64,000 nt of DNA from Hallerella sp. (GTDB lineage: Bacteria; Bacillota_I; Bacilli_A; RFN20; CAG-826), in contig CAVJFO010000003.1 of the NCBI GenBank assembly GCA_963648925.1, positions 58,304 through 122,303 on the forward strand, in the 5' to 3' direction. Positions 8,617-17,700 of this stretch are shown piece after piece. Both the position numbers and the translations under genes were made by a program. Under the pieces are notes generated by a model that was given only the letters and a program-made list of their open reading frames with translations, was not told the DNA's origin and did not search any database. Positions within the stretch are counted from its first letter, which is position 1. Each line of letters starts with the position of its first letter.

Positions 8617-9231
8617 ATGAAAATCGCTGAATTCGATATCTTAAAAGACTTATTCAAAAAGAACGGTCATTCCTTATATATTGTTGGAGGAACATCTAGA
8701 GACCTTCTTTTAGGAAAAGAACCGGATGATTTGGATTTTGTAACTGACGCAACACCAGAAGAAGAAAAAGTATTCTTGCCTGAGGCTTCATATCATTTTG
8801 CTAAATTTGGCTCGATTCATCTCAAAGTTAACGGCAAGATGGTTGATATAACCACCTTCCGCGTCGAAGGAGAATATAACGATCATCGTCATCCAAGCAA
8901 AATTACTTTTGTTCGTAATATCAAAGAAGATTGCATCCGTCGTGATTTCACCATTAACGCATTATATTTAGATGAAAATTATAATCTTTTGGATTTCTCT
9001 GGGGGAAAAGACGATCTTGATAATCATTTAATTAGATTCATCGGAGATCCAAATAAAAGAATCAAAGAAGATCCCCTTAGAATTTGCCGAGCCGAAAGAT
9101 TCGCTTCAAAGTTAGGCTTCGACATCGAAAAAGAAACGCTTGAAGCAATAAAGAATAACTATCATCTGCTAAATGAATTGAATCCTTCTAAATTAGAAGA
9201 AGAAGAAAGGAAAGGCTGGGTAAGAAAATGA
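8617..9231 (+). CDS. class II nucleotidyltransferase (CCA-adding / poly(A) polymerase family), head-neck only, 204 aa
   Basis: GGTSRDLLLG, RRDFTINALY and EDPLRICRAERF motifs. The protein ends where body and tail domains normally begin. Its stop overlaps the dnaD start (ATGA). Confidence 0.75.
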   Translation: MKIAEFDILKDLFKKNGHSLYIVGGTSRDLLLGKEPDDLDFVTDATPEEEKVFLPEASYHFAKFGSIHLKVNGKMVDITTFRVEGEYNDHRHPSKITFVRNIKEDCIRRDFTINALYLDENYNLLDFSGGKDDLDNHLIRFIGDPNKRIKEDPLRICRAERFASKLGFDIEKETLEAIKNNYHLLNELNPSKLEEEERKGWVRK

Positions 9232-9899
9232 ATCGTAATGACATATTAATGAACGCGGTTAGCTTTGAATATCTCTTGCTTGATTGCTATAGCCGCTTAG
9301 GACTAGACGAGGATGAACTTGCCGTATGCTTGATGATAAAACATCTCCTTGAACAGGGAAACTATTTCGTCAGCGTCGATATGCTTTCCTTAAAAATGTC
9401 CATGAAATCATCGAAGATTGATGAAACGATTGCCTCATTGATGAAAAAGAAGTTTGTCAATTTCGTTCCTTCAGAAGATGGCGGGCTTGCCATTTCTCTT
9501 GATGCTTTAGAGGCAACCATAAAAAGGGAATTTGCCAACGGCTTAGCAAGAGAGCAAAATAATTCTTTGAATAAAGAAAGAGAACAAAGCATGCAAAAGC
9601 TCGTCTCCTTATTTGAGGATAAGTTTGCTAGAACTCTAACACCGCTAGAAATATCAACTTTAAGTGATTGGTTTAATAACGGTTACAAGGAAGATGAGAT
9701 TAAAAACGCCTTGCTTGACGCTTTAAGACAAAACAAAAAGACCATCAAGGCCGTTAATAAAATTCTTATAAATAAGAGAAAGAGCGAAGACATCCAAAAA
9801 GAAGGCGCATCAAGCGTTAGCGACCGTTTCGACAAAAATATCGAAGAAACAATCGCAGCCGCTAAAGCACTTTGGGGCGATCCAAACGATGGGAAATAA
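9228..9899 (+). CDS. dnaD: DnaD-domain replication initiation / membrane attachment protein
   Basis: DnaD/DnaB_2-type repeat (LTPLEISTLSDWFNNGYKEDEIKNALLDAL). The dnaD-nth adjacency matches Bacillus. Confidence 0.75.
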   Translation: MNRNDILMNAVSFEYLLLDCYSRLGLDEDELAVCLMIKHLLEQGNYFVSVDMLSLKMSMKSSKIDETIASLMKKKFVNFVPSEDGGLAISLDALEATIKREFANGLAREQNNSLNKEREQSMQKLVSLFEDKFARTLTPLEISTLSDWFNNGYKEDEIKNALLDALRQNKKTIKAVNKILINKRKSEDIQKEGASSVSDRFDKNIEETIAAAKALWGDPNDGK

Positions 9900-10536
9900 A
9901 GAGAAAGAAATAATCTCTTTTCTTAAAGAAAGATATCCTGATGCAAAAACATCGCTTTCTTTTTCTTCGCCATTTGAATGTTTGATTGCCATTTCTTTAT
10001 CCGCTCAGTCGACAGATAAAGCGGTTAATAAGGTAACCCCAATTCTTTTTAGCAAATATCCAGACACAAAAAGCTTAGCAAATGCTTCTCTAAATGAAAT
10101 CGAAGACATTCTCCGTTCTCTTGGCTTGTACCGCAACAAGGCCAAAAACATTATTTCTTTATCTAATGCTTTGTTAGAAAAATATGACGGAATCCCACCA
10201 TTTGACAGAGAAAAACTAATAAATCTTCCAGGAGTAGGAAACAAAACGGCCTGCGTTTTTCTTCTTGAAATGAATAAGGGAGATTATTTTCCTGTTGATA
10301 CCCATATTGGAAGAATATCTATGCGTCTTAACTTTGCTAAAAAAGATGATACGCCAATAAAAATTCAAAAGAAACTTGAAAAGAAATTCCCAAAAGACGA
10401 ATGGAATTACCTTCATCATGCTTTGATATACTTCGGAAGAGAGATTTGTAAGGCTAGCAATCCTTCTTGTAAAGAATGCAAACTAAAAGAATACTGCCTT
10501 TATTTAAAGAAACATTCGTCAACGGCTTTCAAATAA
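9889..10536 (+). CDS. nth: endonuclease III
   Basis: HhH-GPD (LPGVGNKTA, VDTH) and a C-terminal Cys cluster CKASNPSCKECKLKEYC. Confidence 0.92.
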   Translation: MGNKEKEIISFLKERYPDAKTSLSFSSPFECLIAISLSAQSTDKAVNKVTPILFSKYPDTKSLANASLNEIEDILRSLGLYRNKAKNIISLSNALLEKYDGIPPFDREKLINLPGVGNKTACVFLLEMNKGDYFPVDTHIGRISMRLNFAKKDDTPIKIQKKLEKKFPKDEWNYLHHALIYFGREICKASNPSCKECKLKEYCLYLKKHSSTAFK

Positions 10537-11108
10537 TCAAGACGTGGGATATATTTCTCGATTAATTCATAACCGTTTTCTTGAATCTCTTTAACCGGAA
10601 TCGATTCTCTTGGCTTTTCCTTATAAAAAGAACAAACGTATGAAGCAGGCAAAAGATAAGCCTTATTCAGAGGGACTATTTCAATAAGGAAAAAGGCAAT
10701 TGCGCCTAACGCAATAACGGCATTCAGATGATCGATTTGCTGCTTGGGAATGTTTTTTAAAGGGAAAGATGTTTTCGAATGAGTGCTTTTGGCCTCAAAA
10801 TCGATGTATTTTCCTTTATATATTCCGTTATAGTCTGTCGTAGATGGTTCTTGGAAAAAGGCTTCAGTTATCTTTGCTCCTTTTTGATAATCGACTTTGA
10901 CGATTTTTATCGGAGTTGGCTTTTTATGAATAACGGCAATACCTTTATCAAGGTAATATTGGTTTGATTTATTGATTTCATCTTCAAACCCTAAACCGCG
11001 ATTACCCGCTTTTACTTTGAGGTTATATTTCTTTTTCTCTGCTGGTTTTCTTTTTAAACCCTTAGAAGTGGTTGGAGTTTTTACCCCGGCTGGATAATGG
11101 ATTGTCAT
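10500..11108 (-). CDS. recU: Holliday junction resolvase RecU
   Basis: RGLGFEDEINKSNQYY, DYNGIYKGKYIDFEAK and overall RecU length. Confidence 0.88.
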   Translation of the reverse strand: MTIHYPAGVKTPTTSKGLKRKPAEKKKYNLKVKAGNRGLGFEDEINKSNQYYLDKGIAVIHKKPTPIKIVKVDYQKGAKITEAFFQEPSTTDYNGIYKGKYIDFEAKSTHSKTSFPLKNIPKQQIDHLNAVIALGAIAFFLIEIVPLNKAYLLPASYVCSFYKEKPRESIPVKEIQENGYELIEKYIPRLDYLKAVDECFFK

Positions 11109-11827
11109 TTAAAAGAATTCTCCAGCAACTCATCGTATATTTCAGGAGTAACGGTTTCTCCGGCGCTAAGCATTTTAAGAATTTCTTTGACCACTGGCTT
11201 ATTTTTGCTAGATGATAACGTCTTTTTGTATTCTCTAACAAAAACTTCTTTGCCGTTCAATGCGGCTTTATATAAATCAAGCAAATTTAACGCATCGCAT
11301 AACGCATCATGGGCCTTTCCATCAAATCCCAAGCCAAAAATCTTCAGGTAATTAGTTAAGGAGTAAGGATTTCCATGATCATCTTGAATGTAGGTATCAA
11401 GCAATCTTTGCAAATCAAGGTGGCGTTTGTAGATATTTCTCGCATAACGCGGATCAAGATCGCGATTTTGTTCCATTGTGGAACGAATGATGACCATATC
11501 GTGCTCTCCAAAGGTCACAAAACGACATTGTTCCCAATATTTTCCAACATATTTTCTGAAAGCCGACATGACATAAGCAAAATTCTCACCTTCTTTTTGA
11601 AGGAGCTCTTCGCTAATACCTGTTAGTTTTGTAACGACACTTCCGATTGGATGTTTGGCTTTTACATAATGCTTAAACGGTTCATGAATTTTTTTGATTG
11701 ATCCGTCTTTATGTATTTCAGCTAAATAAGCTCCAATTTCAATCATTTCGAAAGAAGGAGAAGTTGCCTCTAAATCCAAGAAGACCAAGGCTTTGACGTT
11801 TTTCGTTTCTTTCAATAAAAATTCCAT
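11105..11827 (-). CDS. DEDDh 3'-5' exonuclease (KapD/ERI-1-like)
   Basis: FLDLEAT (Exo I), an internal HDM segment, and HDALCDALN (H-x4-D) near the C-terminal third. Confidence 0.75.
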   Translation of the reverse strand: MEFLLKETKNVKALVFLDLEATSPSFEMIEIGAYLAEIHKDGSIKKIHEPFKHYVKAKHPIGSVVTKLTGISEELLQKEGENFAYVMSAFRKYVGKYWEQCRFVTFGEHDMVIIRSTMEQNRDLDPRYARNIYKRHLDLQRLLDTYIQDDHGNPYSLTNYLKIFGLGFDGKAHDALCDALNLLDLYKAALNGKEVFVREYKKTLSSSKNKPVVKEILKMLSAGETVTPEIYDELLENSFK

Positions 11828-11977
11828 GCAAATATTCTACCACAAAAGCGCCTTCTTTCTTATTAAAAGAACCTTTAGCAATTACATTAAGAAAAAGTGA
11901 CTGTCATTTTCCAAATTTATAATTTAAAAGAAGACATTAATGTGATAAATTATGTTTCGTTATAGGAGGTCATTAAA

Positions 11978-12199
11978 ATGAGTTGGTTTAACAAACAATC
12001 AAGATTAATCCAAATTATTCTTCTCTTAATCCCTGGCATCAGCTGGATCGTCGAAATCTTCGTCCGTCTTACTGCCGTTCTCGAGAAGCCTACAACAGAA
12101 AACATTTTGGGTCTTATCTTTGGTGTAATCATCCCAGTTTTCGGTTGGTTAGATTTAATTTGGGTCTTATTATTCAATCACCTTTTACTTTGCAAATAA
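11978..12199 (+). CDS. small two-TM membrane protein (hypothetical)
   Basis: 73-aa ORF with SD taggagg and two hydrophobic helices. Confidence 0.5.
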   Translation: MSWFNKQSRLIQIILLLIPGISWIVEIFVRLTAVLEKPTTENILGLIFGVIIPVFGWLDLIWVLLFNHLLLCK

Positions 12200-12265
12200 G
12201 AATAGGCGTTGTTTGAACAATAGATTTAAAACCTAACAAATATGACTAAGCCCTAGATGGGCATC

Positions 12266-12316
12266 ACCCTTTATCGCATTAATTCTTAAGAAAAAATGAT
12301 AAAGGGTTTTTCTTTT
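12266..12316 (+). terminator. probable terminator
   Basis: Stem accctttatc/gataaagggt with a large loop, followed by tttttctttt. Confidence 0.55.
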
Positions 12317-12369
12317 GCTTGAAATAAAGTCAACCTAAAAATAGGAATTAAAATTCATTTCCGCTACAT

Positions 12370-12398
12370 TTGACAAAAGCGCTTACAATAACTAAAAT
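12370..12398 (+). promoter_or_regulatory. sigma-A-type promoter P1 of the fructan locus with a cre-like half-conserved box in the spacer
   Basis: TTGACA 12370-12375, 17-nt spacer, TAAAAT 12393-12398. The spacer box aaaagcgcttaca matches the right half of the cre consensus, with two mismatches on the left half. Confidence 0.7.
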
Positions 12399-12403
12399 CA
12401 TCG

Positions 12404-12421
12404 TATGGAAACGTTTCCATA
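12404..12421. promoter_or_regulatory. 18-bp perfect palindrome TATGGAAACGTTTCCATA, probable LacI-family operator
   Basis: Perfect inverted repeat with central CG, 6 nt after the -10 and before the SD of the first gene. The same 16-bp core recurs at 28909-28924. Confidence 0.7.
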
Positions 12422-12435
12422 TAGGAGATAACACT

Positions 12436-13803
12436 GTGGCATCTATCACTCTTAAGCACATTTATAAGCAATATCCTTTGATTAAGACAAAAAAGGCAAA
12501 AAAGAAGAAGGGCGAAAATAATCCTTCTCCTAAAAACGATCAACGTTATGCCGTAAAAGATTTCAATCTTGAAATAAACGATGGCGAATTCGTCGTTTTT
12601 GTCGGCCCAAGCGGATGCGGTAAATCAACAACGCTTAGAATGATCGCCGGTCTTGAAGACATCACAGCAGGCGAATTGTATATCGATAATCAATTAGCCA
12701 ATAACAAAGAACCAAAAGATCGCGATATAGCCATGGTTTTCCAGTCTTATGCGTTATATCCCCAAATGTCGGCCTACGATAATATCGCCTTCGGACTCAG
12801 ACTTAGAAAGATTCCACAAAAAGTCTTAGATAAAGACGGAAATCCCATTTATGTAGTTGATAAAAAGCAAATCTCCGAACTCAAGAAAAAAATCAGAGAA
12901 TTAAAGAAAGATCCAGCGAATGCGGATCAAATAAAAGAACTTCAAGCAAAGATTGAATCATTAAAAAATAATCCTAGTGTCGTAAAGGTTCGTTATAAGC
13001 ACATGCCAAAAGACGAGATAGATTCAAGAGTTCAAAGCGTAGCTGAAATCTTGAACATCAAGGAACTTTTATATCGCAAACCTGCGGATATGTCCGGCGG
13101 ACAAAGACAAAGAGTAGCTTTAGGACGCTGCATGGTCAGAGAACCAAAAGCATTCTTGCTTGATGAGCCTCTTTCTAACTTAGACGCCAAACTTAGAACA
13201 TCCATGAGAAGTGAGATCGTTAAACTCCACAACACCGTTAAAACGACCTTTGTTTATGTCACGCATGACCAAATCGAGGCTATGACGATGGGAGATAAGA
13301 TTGTCGTCATGAAAGATGGCATCATCCAACAAGTTGATAAGCCAACTAATCTATATGATTATCCAGTTAATAAATTCGTCGCCGGATTTATAGGAACCCC
13401 TCAAATGAATTTCTTTGATGTCCAAATTCAAAGAGCGGAAAACACATTAGTCATCACTTTCAAAGACGGACAAACGATTTCTTATCCTCTTGGAAAAATT
13501 AGAAATATCAAATCAGGATATTTAGACGGAAATTCACATCATGTATGGCTTGGAGTCCGCGGAGAGCATATAAAAATTAGCAAAAAAGGTCTTAATGTCT
13601 TAGTTGATTTTGTCGAAGACCTTGGCAAAGAAACGCAAATTTTCGTCAAAGCAGAGAATAATGGCGGAGAATTTGTCATCGATTACCCAAAACGTGCTAC
13701 ATATAAAAATGGCGATACCCTTAAGGTAGATTTCGAGGGAGAACATATTCATTTGTTCGATTACGAAAATGAGGAATCAATCCTCGATGGAGGAGAAAAA
13801 TGA
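12436..13803 (+). CDS. msmK: sugar ABC transporter ATP-binding protein (MsmK/MsmX/UgpC family) with two insertions
   Basis: GPSGCGKSTTLRMIAGLE, LSGGQRQRVALGR-like MSGGQRQRVALGR, LLDEPLSNLDAKLR and a TOBE-type C-terminus. GTG start at 12436, 8 nt after ataggag. The TTG at 12370 is the promoter -35. Confidence 0.9.
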   Translation: MASITLKHIYKQYPLIKTKKAKKKKGENNPSPKNDQRYAVKDFNLEINDGEFVVFVGPSGCGKSTTLRMIAGLEDITAGELYIDNQLANNKEPKDRDIAMVFQSYALYPQMSAYDNIAFGLRLRKIPQKVLDKDGNPIYVVDKKQISELKKKIRELKKDPANADQIKELQAKIESLKNNPSVVKVRYKHMPKDEIDSRVQSVAEILNIKELLYRKPADMSGGQRQRVALGRCMVREPKAFLLDEPLSNLDAKLRTSMRSEIVKLHNTVKTTFVYVTHDQIEAMTMGDKIVVMKDGIIQQVDKPTNLYDYPVNKFVAGFIGTPQMNFFDVQIQRAENTLVITFKDGQTISYPLGKIRNIKSGYLDGNSHHVWLGVRGEHIKISKKGLNVLVDFVEDLGKETQIFVKAENNGGEFVIDYPKRATYKNGDTLKVDFEGEHIHLFDYENEESILDGGEK

Positions 13804-14711
13804 TTTTATCAATTGGTGAAATCCTTTTGGACATGATTGGAGAAGAAGGCGAGGACGGAATCGTTTTTGATTCTCACGCTGGCGGAGCTCCATTAAATGT
13901 TGCAGCCCAAATAGCCAAACTAGGCGGGGATGCATGTTTTATTGGCGCAATTGGCGATGATATTCCAGGAAAATACCTCCAAAAATATTTAAGAACTCTT
14001 TCTTTAAAAGATTACCGCCTAGAAAAAATCAAAGGAAGAAATACGACTTTAGCCTTTGTTAAATTAGAAAATGGTGAAAGAGATTTCGCTTTTTATCGCG
14101 AAAATACAGCGGATTATCTTTTACCTGTTTTAGAGGATGATTTTCTTAAGAATTTCAACATTGTCCACATCGGTTCTTTGATGCTTTCAAAGGACGAAGG
14201 ATATGACTATGCGCTTTATCTTGCAAAACAAGCAAAAAAGATGGGGTGTCTCGTCTCTTTCGATGTTAATTTTAGAAAAGATATTTATTCCTCTGTTGAT
14301 GAAGCAATCAAAAGAAGCAAGGATATCATCGATTTAGCGGATTTCGTTAAATTATCCGATGATGAAATCGCTATTTTTGGCGAAGATTACTTTTCTTCTT
14401 TGCCTTCAAATCATCGTGTTTTCGTCACAAAAGGCAAAAAAGGATCCGCGTATTATCATAAAAATGATGTTGTTGAAGCTAGCACATTCATCGTTGATCC
14501 AATTGACACGACAGGGGCAGGCGATGCCTTTTATGGTGCCTTGCTTTCTCAATTAGATAAAAATATAAACCCTACTTTGGATGAGATAAAAGAAATGCTT
14601 ACCTTAGGTAATGCTTGCGGAGCCATCGCCACTTTAGGAAAAGGGGCCATTTCTCCACTTGCTTCCTTAGAAGAGGCTAAGAAATTCATAATAGACGGTG
14701 GAAAAAGATGA
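13800..14711 (+). CDS. PfkB-family fructokinase
   Basis: GGAPLNVA near the N-terminus, DTTGAGDAF near the C-terminus; located in a GH32 locus. Confidence 0.85.
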   Translation: MILSIGEILLDMIGEEGEDGIVFDSHAGGAPLNVAAQIAKLGGDACFIGAIGDDIPGKYLQKYLRTLSLKDYRLEKIKGRNTTLAFVKLENGERDFAFYRENTADYLLPVLEDDFLKNFNIVHIGSLMLSKDEGYDYALYLAKQAKKMGCLVSFDVNFRKDIYSSVDEAIKRSKDIIDLADFVKLSDDEIAIFGEDYFSSLPSNHRVFVTKGKKGSAYYHKNDVVEASTFIVDPIDTTGAGDAFYGALLSQLDKNINPTLDEIKEMLTLGNACGAIATLGKGAISPLASLEEAKKFIIDGGKR

Positions 14712-17700
14712 AAACGTTGTTTGGATTATTATTTTTTGCTGTCAGCCTTTCTTCTTTAGCGGAAGCCTCTTCCTTAGAGTCCTCCTCTTCTATTGAAGTG
14801 GAGTCGCTTAGCAATGGATTTGCCCTTTCTAAGAGTGAAAAATCAGCAACAGAGTCTTTCGTCTACACCGGTTTCCTTAATTTTGAATCCGGACAAGCCG
14901 GAGGATTAGTTTTTGGCGCTAAAGAAAATGAGCATTATTTCGTTTTCAACATGGATAGATATGAAAATAAAGTTAAATTGCTTTATTTTTCCTATTCTGA
15001 TGGCGATTTAAATGCAAAAGAACTTCTTAGCGACTATTTCATTGGCAATGACAAAATGACTCAAAGTGAGAAAAACATGGTCGAGCCAAAACTAAGAAAC
15101 CTCGATCAAGTTAATTTAAAAGTAATTCTCACATATGAAAACGAGAAAGCCTATGTTGAATGCTTTGCTGATGGAATTAAACGCTTTGGCACGGATTCCA
15201 CATACGATTTAAATGCATTAGAAGAAGGAATTACCTATACTGGTGGGAAACTAGGAATCAATGTTTTTGCAGGCAAAGTCAGCCTAAGCGACATCTCGAT
15301 TGGCAAATCTGATTATTCCTATTATTCTGAATTATATAGGAACCAATATCATTTCTCTCAATATGCTCACTGGAATAACGATCCAAATGGCCTAGTTTAC
15401 TATAATGGTTATTACCATCTTTATTTCCAAACCCATCCATTTTCCAAATACTGGTCTGACATGTATTGGGGACACGCTCGTTCAAAAGACTTACTTCATT
15501 GGGAAAATCTTCCGATCTGCCTTTTTCCAGATGATGGAAACATGGACGCAGGAAGTGGCGATGGATATATGTGGTCTGGCTGTAGCATCGTTTATCATAA
15601 GGGCGATAGCGCGCTTATTGATAGCGAGGCCTGGTTTGGCGAAGCTTCTAGCGGGCTTATTGCATATTTGACTCGTGATGGGAGCGCATCTCAAGATCAA
15701 CTAATTGTTTCTAGCGATGATGGCGGAATGAGCTGGACAAAAAGAAACATTATCCCTCAAAGCATTATCGGAATAAGTGACCATAAAGTAGACTTCCGTG
15801 ATCCAAAGGTTTTCCCTCTCCTTAAAGATGGCGATAAAACCACCCTTTGGGGAATGAGCGTTTCATCAATGGGCTTAAATAAAGTTTACTTCCTTGAATC
15901 GAATGACCTCATAAATTGGAAATTTTCTTCCTCTTTTGATTTTAAGAGCCCTGAATGCGTTGACGTATTTACCCTAACTAACGGAGAAGAAAGCAAAGAC
16001 GTCATCACGATTAGCGGGAGAGACTATCTTTTTGGAAAACTATCTTATACCGATAGAATCGTTTTTAAAAACGAAGACAATATCGATATTTCGACTCTTT
16101 CATATTCAGAAATGAATTCTTCTAAGATGGATTATGGACCAGATTCATATGCGACCCAGTCTTTCTATATTGATGATGATAGCTCCGAATATTACGGAAA
16201 GACGGTGTCCATTAGTTGGTTTAGCGGCGTTCCTGGTGATTCTAGAAGCGTTGATTCCGGTAGCTTTGGCGCGGTTAGGCATCCTTGGAATGGCGGAGGA
16301 ATGACAATCCCTGTAATCTATTCTTTCGATGAAGAAAACGGTAAATCTTCTTTAAAAGAAACTCCGGTTACCTTAGGAAACGAAAAACTAACAAAAACAA
16401 ACGTTATTTCCGAAACGTCTCTTTCTTTTGACCCAAAAACTAGCGAAAATCCATTAAAAGACGTTAATTCACATATTATCGAATTATCCGCTACAATCGA
16501 TAATCCAAATGGAGCAGACGTTGCATTTAAAATAGACTTATCAAGCAAAGAATATTTAGAAATCGGATGGAATAAAAACGATGGATATTACGTTGATCGT
16601 AGCAATCTTACTTCAGCCGGAATATCTTTCTCGAATTACAATGAGAAATACGCTTCAAAGGTAATTGGCGATGAAACAAAGCAATCTTTTTATGTTTTAA
16701 GCGATAATGGCGGAGTTGAAGTTTTTGCTAACGATTTTAAAACCCCGTTCTATGTCTTAACGCTTGCCTCACCATATTCCACTAAAGCGGATTTTATCTC
16801 TTCAGATGAAATTACGTTTGAATCTCTTGAAGTTAATGAGATTTCTTCTACGTATCGCGAAAATACAGTAGATGGTGAAGGAATAATCTATCTTTCTGAA
16901 ACGAATCTGGATCTAGATTTAGATTTGCATAAAAAGGAAACCTTAAGAGCGTATTGCTCCTCAAATGAAGACGTAAACTTCGAAATCGTTGAAGGAGAAG
17001 ATGCCATATCGTTAGAAATTGATGGAAACGAAGCGACCATAAACGCTAAAGAAGCGGGACAAGCCATAATCAAAGCGTATTGCGGTTCGATTGAAAAAAC
17101 TTGCGAAGTTAACGTTCATTCATCTAGCAGCTTAGAGGTTCCATTCTCTCAAGATGGAGTCAAAGCCGGCTCTTTCTATCAAGATGGAGAAACGATTGTT
17201 GGAAGAAACGATACGGGGGACGGATATATTCTTTCTTCAAAAAAAGGCGAGGATTTTATCTATCAAGCAAAACTTGATTTAAGCGAGGCTACCGCAGGTG
17301 CTTTAATAATCAAGGCTAACGAAAATCTTTCTAGGTATATCATCGTTAATTACGATAAAAACCTTAACGCATGCAAGGCCTGGTCAAACAAAAGAGAATT
17401 ATCATACATAAATGTAAACGTGGACGATCTTTCCTCAATTAATCTTTCAACTAAGACCGAAGGAAATTCCCTTACTATCTATCTTGATGGAAAAGAATTA
17501 ACAACCGTCACGCTTGATGATGATGAGAAAGAAGAAGGATATTTTGGCTTAAACGTCTTCCAAGGCAAAGCAAGATTCTCCTCCATTTCCGTATCCAACT
17601 TTGATTATGAATACCTAGGTGGAGATTTACTAATCGAAGTTAAAACGCTCTCTCAATTGAAGTCCGTGACAAATATCACAAATAAAAATACGAATATCCC

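Noticed and set aside
12370-12435. TTG-initiated N-terminal extension of the MsmK ORF (MTKALTITKIIVWKRFHIGDNT).
   Set aside because: The TTG is the first three bases of a consensus TTGACA -35 hexamer. The extension reads through the -10 and the palindromic operator. Homology to MsmK/MsmX starts at the GTG at 12436, which has a proper SD.
13798-13803. Considered whether TGA might encode Trp (mollicute code 4), given the mollicute-like features.
   Set aside because: Conserved genes end at TGA at the expected length: msmK in the ATGA overlap at 13800-13803, and the nucleotidyltransferase/dnaD overlap at 9228-9231. Trp positions in conserved motifs are TGG, and all large ORFs are intact under the standard code.
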